Numbered from the stretch's first letter, positions 49,191 to 60,519 are shown. The stretch is DNA of 64,000 nucleotides from Bdellovibrionales bacterium (GCA_965261545.1 CBDHDF010000010.1:512001-576000); one strand, 5' to 3'. Notes: generated by a model not told the origin, from the letters alone. Program-made: numbers and translations.

Positions 49191-51068
49191 ATGTCGCATC
49201 GCGCCTTGATCCAAGGTTTCTCATTTATAGCACTGGCCCTTATAATTATTTTTATAGACACACATTCTCCAGCGAGTTCATGGACCCACTCTCTCCAACA
49301 AGCCCGTCGATACCATATCGTTCGAGATGACTCTTCTTTCAACTATACGCAGACAGTTCTTCCCACCACGAAAGGACAGTTTAAACTCATTGGCCCTGAT
49401 AAAGGACGTCTCTCATTAATGACAAAATTGCAAATGATCCGTAGAGCTAAATACACCCTTGATATAGGCTACTATATTTTAAAGAGAGATATCTCTGCTT
49501 ATTCTTTATTGCACGAAGTTTGTAAAGCCATAGAAAGAGGTGTAGATGTCCGCATTCTCATCGACTCCCTAGGGTCCATTCATCATTTCCACGGCGAATT
49601 AAAAGCCCTTTCTTACTGCCCAAGAGGACTTATGCTGGATGAAAGCGGTCGACACAATCGAGAAAATATCCGCTCCAAAGTGCAATCTGTAGTTTTTAAT
49701 TCTCTCTTTCACCCTATTGGTGATCTTCTAGACTTAATCCGAGGACTTGGCCGTGTCATCAAAAACATCGCCCAACAAAAGACAAACAATAGACCCTTTA
49801 AAAATTGGGCAAACCGCCGTATGCATGATAAAATCATTCTCATTGATGGTCGTATTCCTGAGTTTGCCATGGGCCTTATCGGTGGTAGAAATATATCTAT
49901 TAATTATTATAATATTGACAAAGAAGGCCGGGCCCAAAATGAAACCTATCAAGATATAGAGATTCTTTTTAAAAATGCTGAACGAGGAACTGTTGACAAC
50001 CATCAACAGCTTGGTGCCATTGTTTCTGATTACTTCGATATACTGTTTACACATATAGGCAACAAAAAATTAGTTCTAAACATCCCTCTTTTCACTGGGC
50101 GTCATCTTAACATCATGAAATCCAAGCACCATCAACTTCTCAACGCCCCCGGAGGAAGAAAGACTTACAATGAAGCTTATGAATTTCTTGATTCAAACTT
50201 CATTGAAGCTGAAGGTCGATGGCTCCATGAAACCTACAACTTATTTAAAAGGAGACATCTTGCCAGAGCCTTAGATGATGCTTCAGATTCAAAAGATACG
50301 CTGCCTTATGTTGCCGAGCAAGAAAATGCTTCATCCAATTCGATTTATCACTTTATGAGAAATGCTATGCTCACTTCGCAGAAGCGTCTTGTTATTATCT
50401 CTCCTTATTTATTTTTTAACAAACAAATCAATGCCAATATGCCTTTTTTTGATCACGTAAATGAGTATGCCCTCATTCAAGAATGGTTGGGTGGAGACTC
50501 CGAAAGAGTCGTGGAGATTATCACAAATTCTGTACTCACAAGCGATAATTTCTTCGCTCAAGCCATCATCGATCAGGAGGTCTTTCCCCAGCTAATGACA
50601 TTTCAAGAAGAAAACTTCTCCCTCATCCCTGAATTTCGTGAGCTTGCACCCAAGATAATGTCCCAGGACGAATGGAATCAAATTATTGATGAAGGTCGAA
50701 TTCAAATTTGGGAATACGGTCAAATGGATAGTGTTCAACTGGGGGGTGACCTCGCCTATGGAAAACTTCATATAAAAACCTCAGTGATAGACAGTGACAC
50801 TATAATGATTACAACATCTAATCTGGATTTTCGCTCAAGGCATTACAATACGGAATCTGGCCTTGCCATATTTAATCCCCAACTGGTCGCCCAATTTGAG
50901 AAGGACATCGAAGAACTCAAATCTCATTCACTGCTTTGGGGAAGCCCTGAGTGGAAACAAGTGCGAAAAGAAGTCGCCCAGAAAGGCGGGATAAGAAGTC
51001 TTTCAGTAAAGCACCAAAAGGCCATTTATCAGTTACTTTCTGCATCTGGCCTTCGTTGGCTTTTCTGA
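49191..51068 (+). CDS. Phospholipase D family protein
   Basis: Two HxKxxxxD motifs (HDKIILID, HIKTSVID), GGRNI and SNLDFRS. Confidence 0.9.
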   Translation: MSHRALIQGFSFIALALIIIFIDTHSPASSWTHSLQQARRYHIVRDDSSFNYTQTVLPTTKGQFKLIGPDKGRLSLMTKLQMIRRAKYTLDIGYYILKRDISAYSLLHEVCKAIERGVDVRILIDSLGSIHHFHGELKALSYCPRGLMLDESGRHNRENIRSKVQSVVFNSLFHPIGDLLDLIRGLGRVIKNIAQQKTNNRPFKNWANRRMHDKIILIDGRIPEFAMGLIGGRNISINYYNIDKEGRAQNETYQDIEILFKNAERGTVDNHQQLGAIVSDYFDILFTHIGNKKLVLNIPLFTGRHLNIMKSKHHQLLNAPGGRKTYNEAYEFLDSNFIEAEGRWLHETYNLFKRRHLARALDDASDSKDTLPYVAEQENASSNSIYHFMRNAMLTSQKRLVIISPYLFFNKQINANMPFFDHVNEYALIQEWLGGDSERVVEIITNSVLTSDNFFAQAIIDQEVFPQLMTFQEENFSLIPEFRELAPKIMSQDEWNQIIDEGRIQIWEYGQMDSVQLGGDLAYGKLHIKTSVIDSDTIMITTSNLDFRSRHYNTESGLAIFNPQLVAQFEKDIEELKSHSLLWGSPEWKQVRKEVAQKGGIRSLSVKHQKAIYQLLSASGLRWLF

Positions 51069-51106
51069 AAAGCTTCTAGGGGAATTTTGGGGAATCTTGG
51101 AGAATC

Positions 51107-51913
51107 TTAGGGAATCTTGTTGAGACTCCAATTGTATGCACTGTAACTGATGGAGAGTTTCCCACCATAGAGTTTGGCTTTGATAGCAGGGTCATCTGTA
51201 ATGTACTTAGAGACAAACCTCTGAACTGTTTGCTCTCCCTTTGTAAAATCCTCTTTAAACCACTTAAAAATTTTAGAAATTTTAAGGGTACCACCTTGGA
51301 TGTGATTGCGAGAAGTATCTCGGAGAAAACTTTTGGTTTGCTTTTCCAATTGCTTTTCCAACTTGTTTTCCGTGAAAGCTTCATTGAGAAGAGCTGGGCA
51401 TCCAATAGAGGCACAATTCACGGCAAAATGAGTTCGTGGCTCATTGAATTTTACTCGTAGTATCTTGTGTTCTATTTCATCGAGATGGCGTTTTTCTCCA
51501 AGAAGAGTAAAAAACTTTTTTTCCCATGGAGTTCTCAAGGGAAAGAACGTGCCCAAATCTTTAATGGAATCTAAAGGATAGTTATCAATAATAAGTTTCA
51601 CAGTGTAAGCGTTGTAGGCATTGACCCAAAAGACATACTTTTGCCTTTGATTCCAGGAGTTAAATTTCTTTTTGTCAATGGCCTCAAGTTTTCTGAGATA
51701 AGTCTGAAGTTTTCCAGAGTCTCGCTTTAAACCTACATAATTCACCTGGCTGACAGGACCTCTCACCGTGACATACTTTCTTAGAACTTCTGTCCAAAGA
51801 CTATGGGAGTGATCAAAGTCCATGGATGAATCTCGTGCCCCTTGGGACCAAACAAGGGATGCCATAAGAAAAACCGAGCTTCCCAAAATTCCTATACTTC
51901 CCATACTAAGCAC
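51107..51913 (-). CDS. DUF547 domain protein
   Basis: Motifs FWVNAYNA, LDEIEH, HFAVNCASIGCP and YNWSLN. Confidence 0.88.
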   Translation of the reverse strand: MLSMGSIGILGSSVFLMASLVWSQGARDSSMDFDHSHSLWTEVLRKYVTVRGPVSQVNYVGLKRDSGKLQTYLRKLEAIDKKKFNSWNQRQKYVFWVNAYNAYTVKLIIDNYPLDSIKDLGTFFPLRTPWEKKFFTLLGEKRHLDEIEHKILRVKFNEPRTHFAVNCASIGCPALLNEAFTENKLEKQLEKQTKSFLRDTSRNHIQGGTLKISKIFKWFKEDFTKGEQTVQRFVSKYITDDPAIKAKLYGGKLSISYSAYNWSLNKIP

Positions 51914-53393
51914 CCCGCCTCCAATTAAAAAATTTCTCTAAGAATTTCAAAGCCTCTTCAGGCTTACGGGCCTTCTTCCACTCTCCAGCCAAATATTTAT
52001 TGGCCTCGGCCATGGTGGGATAAATATGGATCGTGCCCAAAATAGAATTCAAACCAAAACCATTTTTCATAGCGGCAATAAACTCTCCAATAAGGTCACT
52101 GGCGTGATACCCAGCAATGGTGGCCCCAATAACCTGATCGGTACCAGGTTTTGTAAGGACTTTCACAAAGCCATGGTCTTCACTGTCAGCAATGGCTCGA
52201 TCCAAGTCGTCGAGACCGTAGGTAGAAACCTCGTAATCCACCCCTTGCTCCGTGGCTGTCGTCTCTGTTAGCCCTACCGTGGCGACCTCAGGATCTGTAT
52301 AAGTCGCCCAGGGAATGACACTATAATCAACTTTAAAGCTTTTATTAAAGGGGGCGGGTATAATGTTTGTAAAAGGCTTAAAAAGAGCATTCACACAGGC
52401 ATAATAAGCTTGGTGAGCGGCCGTGTGTGTGAACTGATAGGGACCCGCAACATCTCCACAAACAAAGATATTATTGTAGTTTGTTGCCAAGAAATCATTG
52501 GCCTTGACGGTGCCACGGTCTGTGAGTTCCACACCTAAGTCTTCAAGACCAAAACCCTTCACGTTGGCCCGGCGACCAAGAGCAATAAGAACTTCATCAA
52601 ATTCAATTTCTTTTTCCTGCTTGTCGTGTTCAGCGACCAAAATCTTTTGCATTCCATCCACCTTAAAGGATTTGGCTGTGTGATTGGTATAAATTTGCAT
52701 TCCCTCAGACTCAAATTTTTTCATTACAAGAGTAGAAACCTCTTTGTCCTCACGGGCCATAATGCGAGGAGATCGCTCCACAAGAAGAACCTGAGAACCC
52801 AACCTTTGAAAACTTTGAGCCAACTCAGATCCAATGGGCCCTCCTCCAAGAACGAGAAATCTTGGGGGTTGCTTGCGAATCTCCCAAATATTGTCTGAAG
52901 TTAAATACTTTATCTTATCAAGCCCTGGAATGGGCGGGACAAAAGGTCCTGCACCTGTAGCCACAATAATCGCACGGGTTGTAAGAACTTTGCCATTGAC
53001 TTCAATTTCGTAGGGCGAAAGGATCTTGGCATCCCCTGTGATACACTCCACTCCCAAGCTACTATAGCGCTCTATGGAGTCATGGGGTTCGACTTTTTTA
53101 ACGACGTTTTGCACACGCTCCATTACCTCCGCAAAATCATAATCAATTTTGGCTGATTTAAAACCAAAATCTTTGGCCCTTTTTGCATAAGCCATCATTT
53201 TTGCCGACCTGATAAGAGCTTTTGAGGGAACACAACCCGTGTTGAGACAATCTCCTCCCATCTTGTGCCTTTCAATCAAGCCCACCCGGGCTTTGAGAGT
53301 GGCGGCAATATAGGAAGACACAAGCCCTCCACTCCCCGCACCAATGACAAGAAGGTTGTAATCAAATTGACTTGGTTTTTTATATGATTTCAT
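51906..53393 (-). CDS. Pyridine nucleotide-disulfide oxidoreductase (mercuric reductase/LPD-like family)
   Basis: Motifs GAGSGG, GGDCLNTGCVPSK, GGGPIG and HIYPT. No C-terminal CC. Confidence 0.88.
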   Translation of the reverse strand: MKSYKKPSQFDYNLLVIGAGSGGLVSSYIAATLKARVGLIERHKMGGDCLNTGCVPSKALIRSAKMMAYAKRAKDFGFKSAKIDYDFAEVMERVQNVVKKVEPHDSIERYSSLGVECITGDAKILSPYEIEVNGKVLTTRAIIVATGAGPFVPPIPGLDKIKYLTSDNIWEIRKQPPRFLVLGGGPIGSELAQSFQRLGSQVLLVERSPRIMAREDKEVSTLVMKKFESEGMQIYTNHTAKSFKVDGMQKILVAEHDKQEKEIEFDEVLIALGRRANVKGFGLEDLGVELTDRGTVKANDFLATNYNNIFVCGDVAGPYQFTHTAAHQAYYACVNALFKPFTNIIPAPFNKSFKVDYSVIPWATYTDPEVATVGLTETTATEQGVDYEVSTYGLDDLDRAIADSEDHGFVKVLTKPGTDQVIGATIAGYHASDLIGEFIAAMKNGFGLNSILGTIHIYPTMAEANKYLAGEWKKARKPEEALKFLEKFFNWRRGA

Positions 53394-54079
53394 GAATCCA
53401 CCTTTTTCTTTTTAATAAGTCCAATGATTTTTTTAGATATCAATGGGAAAATTCCCAATATAACAAATGAAACAATAAGCTTGGGTGATAAGATACCCGA
53501 TAAGGAATCTATTTTGGCAAGTTCTGTTCCCGCATTGACATAGACAATGGTCCCAGCCAACATTCCAATTTGGCTTACAATAAAAAAATGAAGAGTCTTA
53601 ATTGGTGTTAAACCCATGACAAGGTTTATGACAAAGAAGGGAATGGCTGGAATCAAACGCATGGTAAATAAATAAAACATCCCCTCCCTTTCAATGCCTT
53701 CATTGATAACCTTAAGCTTATCACCAAATTTACTCTGAATGGCATCCCGGAGCATAAATCGGGCCACCAAAAAAGCCGAAGTGGCTCCTATTGTACTGGC
53801 GAAAGAAACAAGAATCGTTCCCGTCAAAAGACCAAACAGGGCTCCCCCAAGAAGTGTGAGGATGGCGGCCCCCGGGAGAGAAAGGGCGGTGACAACAATA
53901 TAACTGACCAAGTAAATGACAATGGTGAGAGTGGGGTTTCCCTCCTTATAAGCTTGAAAATCCGATTGTCTCTGTTTAAGGTACTCAAAACTAAGGTATT
54001 GACCAAGGTCAAAATAAAAGAAGGCCCCCAAAAGAGCAATAATAAGAACAATAACAACATATTTAAAAGAATTTTTCAT
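53390..54079 (-). CDS. TVP38/TMEM64 (VTT/DedA) membrane protein
   Basis: Motifs LSLPGA, GALFG and RLIPAIPFFVIN. Confidence 0.9.
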   Translation of the reverse strand: MKNSFKYVVIVLIIALLGAFFYFDLGQYLSFEYLKQRQSDFQAYKEGNPTLTIVIYLVSYIVVTALSLPGAAILTLLGGALFGLLTGTILVSFASTIGATSAFLVARFMLRDAIQSKFGDKLKVINEGIEREGMFYLFTMRLIPAIPFFVINLVMGLTPIKTLHFFIVSQIGMLAGTIVYVNAGTELAKIDSLSGILSPKLIVSFVILGIFPLISKKIIGLIKKKKVDS

Positions 54080-54263
54080 AAGATTCCCTTCTTGTATTTA
54101 TATATTATTCTTATTTACTATTATCGGCCCTCATTTCTCAATTTCTAAACCTTGTTTTCTAAAAAATACCTTATGAAAGTAAAATCTAGATATAAATGGA
54201 GCTATAATCAGGATCAACGTCTTAAGATGAGTGGCTTAGAATGAATAATTTGGGACGAGTCAC

Positions 54264-55811
54264 TTATGATTTTGACTTATAGACCCCTTGGACCATTCGG
54301 TCCATCACCATGGCACACAAAAGAATGGCCAGCCCAGCGAGAAGTCCTTGCCCTTTGGCAGCGTACTGTAAAGCTTCAAGAATAAGGGCACCTAAACCCT
54401 CGGCCCCAATCAATGAAGCAATCACAACCATGGAAAGACTCATCATAATGGTTTGGTTGATACCTGTCATAATGGATGGCATGGCCAGGGGAAGTTCCAC
54501 ATGCCATAACAACTGCCCCCTAGAGCAACCAAATGCAATGGCAGCCTCTTTTGTGGTTTTGGGTATATTACTTATTCCGAGGGCCGTGAGGCGTACCACA
54601 GGGGGCATGGCAAAAATAATGGTGGCCAAAATGCCAGGAGGTTTGCCCGTTCCAAAAAAGGCAATAATGGGGATAAGGTAAACAAAAGCAGGCATGGTCT
54701 GCATGAAGTCAAGAGCCGGCCGAGCCAAAGAGTAGGCTCTAGGGTTATGCCCAAACCAAATTCCCAGGGGAATACCAAAGACAAGGCAAAGCAGAGACCC
54801 CACACCAATGAGAGAAATGGTCATCATGGCCACTTCCCAGAGTCCTAAAAAAGCTAGGTAGGAGATGGCAGCGGCTGTAAAAATGGCCATTCGAAGCCCC
54901 CCCAGACGAAAGGCCGTGACAATAAAAACCAGCCATACAACAGGCCATGGAGTTACAATGAAGAGGGTCTCACATATTTTAATAAGGCTGGAAATAACAG
55001 TCACCACCCCCTCAAATACATCTCCAAAGCGGCGAGCAATGGAATCAAAAGCCTTATCTCCCAAGTCGGCCAGCTTAAAAAAGAGTTCTTTTTCCAAAGG
55101 GAACTTGGTGATGGGAAAACCTATGATTTTTTTAAAGACAGCATCAGGATGAGAGTGGGTAAAACGAAAGATGGTGAGAGGGGCAATGAAGAAGGTCAGA
55201 AAAAAACCCATGATAAAGTGGGCCCAACTCACACCTTTTTTGTATTTGTCTGGAAAAGCGAGCCAGTGTCGATATTTTTTCTCGTAGGCCACATTGGCGT
55301 AGAAACCTTCGACAATTTTGACGAAGATAAGTAAAATCACTCCAAAGATAGCCCAGGGAACAAGACTTTCTTGGGCCAATTCTTGTTGAAGCTGGCTGGC
55401 TGTGAGTTGAAGGTTATCGAGAATCTGGGAGGCCGTTTCCAAGTTATTTGACTCCCCTTGAGCCATAGCTTTTTCCATTTGCTCTTTGCGATAAGCTATA
55501 TTTTTCATAATTTGCTCATAACGGAGCCTCTTCTCTCCCCCAGGTTCGGCCCATAGCCCTCGGGCTATGGTGACAAAGGAGATAAGTTCCGCAATGAGAA
55601 AAAACCAGAAGAACCCCCACATTTGTCGCCAAGCTCCCCAGAGGGGACCAAGGACACAAGCTGCCATGTTCCATGAAAAAACAAGGTCTTTCGCTTCTTG
55701 GAGCCTTTGGAATTCTCGCATGTAATACTTTTGACGATGCAGGGTAAAGGCACCAGTTTGCTCACTTAAATTCTTCAATTTTTCTTCCTTACTTTTTAAT
55801 TTACTTTGCAA
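54264..55811 (-). CDS. proW: Glycine betaine/proline-type ABC permease with N-terminal DUF2628-like extension
   Basis: Motifs LDFMQTMPAFVYLIP, EAA loop and GINQTIMMSLSMVV. N-terminal WNMAA..GPLW. Confidence 0.85.
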   Translation of the reverse strand: MQSKLKSKEEKLKNLSEQTGAFTLHRQKYYMREFQRLQEAKDLVFSWNMAACVLGPLWGAWRQMWGFFWFFLIAELISFVTIARGLWAEPGGEKRLRYEQIMKNIAYRKEQMEKAMAQGESNNLETASQILDNLQLTASQLQQELAQESLVPWAIFGVILLIFVKIVEGFYANVAYEKKYRHWLAFPDKYKKGVSWAHFIMGFFLTFFIAPLTIFRFTHSHPDAVFKKIIGFPITKFPLEKELFFKLADLGDKAFDSIARRFGDVFEGVVTVISSLIKICETLFIVTPWPVVWLVFIVTAFRLGGLRMAIFTAAAISYLAFLGLWEVAMMTISLIGVGSLLCLVFGIPLGIWFGHNPRAYSLARPALDFMQTMPAFVYLIPIIAFFGTGKPPGILATIIFAMPPVVRLTALGISNIPKTTKEAAIAFGCSRGQLLWHVELPLAMPSIMTGINQTIMMSLSMVVIASLIGAEGLGALILEALQYAAKGQGLLAGLAILLCAMVMDRMVQGVYKSKS

Positions 55812-55857
55812 CTAGATGCTTTGAACTTTTATAACTAGCTGCTTTGAACTTTTATAA

Positions 55858-56730
55858 CTAACTGCTTTGAACTAAAGGTGACGACTTTGCGGGGAGGTCT
55901 TCGGGATTCACAGAGCAATTACTCACAAATTGCCTCACATAGTCGTCGGCGGGATGAGATAAGATTTCTTGGGGCGAAGCCACCTGGACAATGCGCCCCT
56001 CGCACATAATAGCAATACGGTGCCCAATGCGAACGGCTTCATCTAAGTCATGGGTAATAAAAACAGAGGTCTTTCCAAGCTCCTGTGACAAAACCATAAA
56101 TTCATCTTGCAGTTCACGACGAATGAGGGGGTCAAGGGCTGAAAATGGCTCATCCATAAGCAAAATTTCAGGGTCGAGGGCAAGAATTCTTGCCAGGCCC
56201 ACTCGCTGCTTCATGCCACCAGAGAGTTCCGAGAGATGGCGCTCTCCGTGACCCTTGAGTTTCACCAACTCTAAACACTCTTGGGATTTTTTCCAACAGT
56301 GAGCCTTGGATTCTTGGCGAAGGCGCAGGGGTAAGTTGATATTTTCTCGCACGGTGAGGTGGGGGAGGAGAGCTGTGTGTTGAAAGACCATTCCAATTTG
56401 CCGGGCGCGCATATACCTCAACTCTTGGTGGCCCATTCGTAAAATATTTTTACCTAAAACAGTGATTTTACCTGCTGTGGGATGAACGAGGCGGTTGATG
56501 TGTCGAAGAATGGTGGATTTACCAGAGCCTGATAAACCAATAACACAAAAAATCTCCCCTCTTTGGACTTCAAAAGAAGCATTTTGAACTCCCACAAAGC
56601 AGTTATATGTTTTAGTGATCTCTGAGGCTGTTTGGCCATGACGCATAGAATCTAAAGCCTCCAAGGCTCGACCACCAAAAATCTTCCACACCCCATCAAG
56701 TCGAATAACAGTTTCTTCTACTTGAGCCAA
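55858..56730 (-). CDS. proV: Glycine betaine/proline-type ABC ATP-binding protein
   Basis: Motifs [17 protein letters not shown] and [12 protein letters not shown]. Confidence 0.88.
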   Translation of the reverse strand: MAQVEETVIRLDGVWKIFGGRALEALDSMRHGQTASEITKTYNCFVGVQNASFEVQRGEIFCVIGLSGSGKSTILRHINRLVHPTAGKITVLGKNILRMGHQELRYMRARQIGMVFQHTALLPHLTVRENINLPLRLRQESKAHCWKKSQECLELVKLKGHGERHLSELSGGMKQRVGLARILALDPEILLMDEPFSALDPLIRRELQDEFMVLSQELGKTSVFITHDLDEAVRIGHRIAIMCEGRIVQVASPQEILSHPADDYVRQFVSNCSVNPEDLPAKSSPLVQSS

Positions 56731-57821
56731 GAATCCACCAGGGAAGAGTTTTTAGCGATCCATTCACGGGCAAATAATTCTGGCGGCATTTTTTTCACAG
56801 TAAGCTGGTAGCTCATGGACTCCATATCTTTTTCTGAAAAACGAATGCGATTAAGAAGTTGCACTACTTGGGAATGGAACTTCTCCAAGGAAACTGAATA
56901 ATGCATACTTATGGTAGCACTTTTCCAAGCTGTTGTGGCATAGGATTTTTCCAACCACTGAGGGTCCTCTTTTGGAAGTAAAATCTTCCACTTGGAGGGA
57001 TCATGGGGGTCTTCCTTTAACTTTTTAAGTTTATGAAGGGTGAATATGTGGTGGGGAGAGTAACAAAAAAAGGCAATATTTTGTTTTTTGTTAATAGCGG
57101 CATCCACTTCGACCATGGCAAGAGCTTCCTCCATCACCTTAAGCTTCATGGTATTATTGTAACCATATGATTTGGCCCGAATTTTTTCAGCAGGCGTGGA
57201 TCCCCAACCCACAGCTCCAATCCACATTTCGCCCTGCCCATCACCATCTGTGTCAAAATGTTGGGCCATGACTGGATTGCTAAGTTCAGCAACACTTTTA
57301 ATGCCTGTTCTCTCGGCTGTACCTTGACTGACACAAATATTTTGATAAGCAAGAGTTGGGGTATCTGTGACCGTGTCTTTAATAGACTTGTTCTCCTCCA
57401 CATATTTTTTAGTGAAATTATCGTGATTGGGTGACCATGTTTCGGGGTGAATATGCATGGCGGATCGATCCAGTGCTTCAAAGATCACGGCGTTGGAACC
57501 ATTTTGAAGTTCAACTTGAAGTCCGAAATTATCGACAATCAAGATCTTAAGGATATTGGCCCTTGCGCGCCCTGAGGGCCAGTTGGGAATCCCAATGACG
57601 ATTTTTTCAATGGACTTTTGGCTCCCACTCTCGGTAGGAAGAAGCTGATCTGAAGCCTGTTGGTTTTGAGTCGGCTCCTGTGGAGGAGTGTCAGAAGTAT
57701 TTGAAGCCGGTGAAGAGTTGGAGGCTGTGGGGAGTTGAGTAGGTTCTTCTATAAAAATAAAAAAGATCGACACAATGACAGCTACAGCCAGTAGAACGAT
57801 AAAAAGTGCATATTTTTTCAT
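56718..57821 (-). CDS. proX: Glycine betaine-type substrate-binding protein
   Basis: Motifs [19 protein letters not shown] and YSPH. In an operon with proV/proW. Confidence 0.8.
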   Translation of the reverse strand: MKKYALFIVLLAVAVIVSIFFIFIEEPTQLPTASNSSPASNTSDTPPQEPTQNQQASDQLLPTESGSQKSIEKIVIGIPNWPSGRARANILKILIVDNFGLQVELQNGSNAVIFEALDRSAMHIHPETWSPNHDNFTKKYVEENKSIKDTVTDTPTLAYQNICVSQGTAERTGIKSVAELSNPVMAQHFDTDGDGQGEMWIGAVGWGSTPAEKIRAKSYGYNNTMKLKVMEEALAMVEVDAAINKKQNIAFFCYSPHHIFTLHKLKKLKEDPHDPSKWKILLPKEDPQWLEKSYATTAWKSATISMHYSVSLEKFHSQVVQLLNRIRFSEKDMESMSYQLTVKKMPPELFAREWIAKNSSLVDSWLK

Positions 57822-57977
57822 ATGTTTTCTTCCTTTGTTTAGTTTGTTTAACTCACTAGGTTTAATTTATTTCTCCTTTAGCAGCAATTGTGCGACAAGT
57901 CAATATTGATCTTCGCACCATTATCCTTCTGTCGCTTTATGGTTTTACAGCCACTCATCTATTTTGTTAAGTGTTGT

Positions 57978-59045
57978 TTATAGTATTTTAGGTGTTAATT
58001 TCCAAGTGAAGGTGTATTGAGCTTCGCTAATATGTTTCTGTTGATTGCGAGAAATCACAGTGGTCACAAAAATCCATCGAGAGTTACTGTGCCTTCCCAA
58101 AAAAACCAATCCTAAAGAAGTTGCATGGCGTTGATCCCGTTTGACTTTAAGAGAAGGGTTCAAATAATCATAGCGTGTCATCAACTTGAATTTGCGATGG
58201 AGTATGTAATTGAAATCCATATACCATGATTGAAATGAATCTGCTTGGGGATTGAACTCTTGATCTAAAGAACCATAGGTATATTCGGCTAAAAACTGGA
58301 AATGATCTTTTTTATACCAAAGAAAATAGGGGTTGAAAACTTGCCAACGAGACTTCAAGCTAAGGTCGACCCCAGCAAGATGAGACGATTGTAAAAGGGT
58401 GGAGTGAGGCTGAGTTGTTCCAGCATGTCCCGACAACCCTAATTCTATGTTATTGTAGTGCCACCCCCAAGAGGCGGTGCAATAAAAATCTCCATCGAGA
58501 TTCTGACCAGATTCTCCATTGTGAATGGCTAATTTTGTGTAAAAACCTTGATGCTCAATAAAATAACTCAGCCCAAGATCTCTCAACCCAATAATTCTTC
58601 TCGAAAAGATAAGCCTGCGAGGAAAATCTATTTGATATTCTTGAGTCCGGCCATTGACCCCAAAATCAAGGGGAATGAGCCCCATGCGTATCCTCCCATA
58701 GATGCCCTCATACTGACCATAGGCTTCGTAAAACCCTATGTCATTTATTGTGGTTTCTTGAAAGATCTGAGGCGGATTGATAAGCTTTTTGGAACCAAAA
58801 CGAACCCTACTTGAAAGCCAAGGGCTTTTCTCCCACAAGATCGATATAGAACTTTTATCAAAATAAAAGCCTCCGAGAGCTCCCTCCGGAAAGTGAAGCT
58901 GGGCTTCAACCAAAATGTTGTCTATGGATATTTTCCCTAGGTTTTCTTCACCTAGACTTTCTTCACCTAGACTTTCTTCAGAAATCCATAGAGAAGATAA
59001 CAGAAAAACTATTATAGAAAACAATAATATTGTGCGTAAATGCAT
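57978..59045 (-). CDS. Putative outer-membrane porin-like protein
   Basis: Signal peptide, aromatic beta-strand pattern, RDLG, NGE, RYD. Confidence 0.55.
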   Translation of the reverse strand: MHLRTILLFSIIVFLLSSLWISEESLGEESLGEENLGKISIDNILVEAQLHFPEGALGGFYFDKSSISILWEKSPWLSSRVRFGSKKLINPPQIFQETTINDIGFYEAYGQYEGIYGRIRMGLIPLDFGVNGRTQEYQIDFPRRLIFSRRIIGLRDLGLSYFIEHQGFYTKLAIHNGESGQNLDGDFYCTASWGWHYNNIELGLSGHAGTTQPHSTLLQSSHLAGVDLSLKSRWQVFNPYFLWYKKDHFQFLAEYTYGSLDQEFNPQADSFQSWYMDFNYILHRKFKLMTRYDYLNPSLKVKRDQRHATSLGLVFLGRHSNSRWIFVTTVISRNQQKHISEAQYTFTWKLTPKIL

Positions 59046-59616
59046 TCTCAGTATTATAAATGAAAATCGAGGAATCTAAAAGAAAATGCATGTTTTAGAA
59101 GGTACCTCTCTACTAATGTCTAAAACAATGTCTAAAAATACTTCTGTTCAAGAAAACCCAAGAGACTTATGGCAAGAAATCTAATAGAAATTATGATGGG
59201 GCCGATAAGAAACCTAAGGAGTGGTAAAAGGTTAAATAGAGAGCTGAATTAGCTTTTGATTCTTCGCTGATTTGACTTTGCCCTTCCCTGTAAATCATTC
59301 CCAGCACACTTTGGGCGTCTCACTTTGATATTTGCTTTCCTCATACTTTCAACCTAGTTATAGAATAACGTCATACATGTCGAGACTTTTGTTTAATTTA
59401 TTCTTTAGTAAACTCAGTTACTTATGTTGCTTTATAAAAAAAAATTAGGTACTAGCAACTAGGTCAGGTTAAAACAATTGCATGAAATGTCGCAAATACA
59501 ATACTGCCGCTAAGCTCATATTGACCCAATCATATTAAATTGTTACAATAAAATAAACCACTTTCACTTTACTGGTTTGTTACCAAAACCACTAGAGGTC
59601 ACAATGAAAAAAAAAC

Positions 59617-60519
59617 GTGCAAATTGCCTTATTGGGAATTTTCTTTTTGGTCGTACCATTATTTCTATTTCAAAACTGTTCCAACGAACTCCCCAGTGCA
59701 AATGACGCATCATCTAAGTCTTCCGGTACAAGTGAGCCTAATGAAGTGCCTATCGGTTCTAGCGAATATGGATCTATTATTATTCCATCTTCCACCAACC
59801 CAAATGATCCCAGTGATGTGGTTGTAGGCCCCAACAATTTAATAAATATACAGCCAAACACTTTCATTGAATCGCCAGTGAATTGTACAAACATTTGTCA
59901 AGAGCAACAGCAGTGTGCCTCTCAAAAAAGCAGTAGTGAAAGATTATCCTGCCGAAACTCTTGCAATAGAAGAACGGGCCTCTGTGCACCTTTTGAGCTC
60001 CATCGAGACCCCTACACTTTAACAAGTTTTGTTGTTCCTGGGGGATATAAAAAAGTCAATATCACCTTGGAGCACTGTACAGATCGAAACGATGTTTTAG
60101 TGATTGAAGGCCCCTATCTTCACTTTAAAACGCTTAATTCTGGAGCTATATGGAATGCTCGATTTGGTGCCAATGTGGGCAGAGGTCCTCGATGTAAAAA
60201 AGAAGATTTATTGGATCATGCGAAAGTGAAGGTAAGAAACTTTAATAAGGCTGGAAACTTTCAAAGCGAAAAAGTATATATTTGGAAATTTCCTGCTGCC
60301 CTCTCCTACCCACTCAACGTGATAAACGATATTGATATCCAAAAACCCGTTTTTGTTCATGTGAAAAGTCTTAAGGGGCCAGGAGTTAAAATTCATAGAA
60401 TTTATGACAATGAAGCCTACAACAAACAATTATCTTTTATTTTAGAGTATATTTTTTGGTATGACCCTAAGTACACCACTAACTTTGATCTCTATTATAA
60501 ACCAAAAGAATCTAACTGA
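59617..60519 (+). CDS. Hypothetical Cys-rich lipoprotein
   Basis: LFQNC lipobox, Ser/Pro linker, Cys cluster. Confidence 0.7.
   Translation: MQIALLGIFFLVVPLFLFQNCSNELPSANDASSKSSGTSEPNEVPIGSSEYGSIIIPSSTNPNDPSDVVVGPNNLINIQPNTFIESPVNCTNICQEQQQCASQKSSSERLSCRNSCNRRTGLCAPFELHRDPYTLTSFVVPGGYKKVNITLEHCTDRNDVLVIEGPYLHFKTLNSGAIWNARFGANVGRGPRCKKEDLLDHAKVKVRNFNKAGNFQSEKVYIWKFPAALSYPLNVINDIDIQKPVFVHVKSLKGPGVKIHRIYDNEAYNKQLSFILEYIFWYDPKYTTNFDLYYKPKESN

Noticed and set aside
46814..53393. Arsenic or mercury resistance cluster (arsA, merA)
   Set aside because: There are no arsB/arsC/arsR or merR/merT/merP genes. The reductase lacks the MerA C-terminal Cys pair, and the ATPases are the paired single-domain type.
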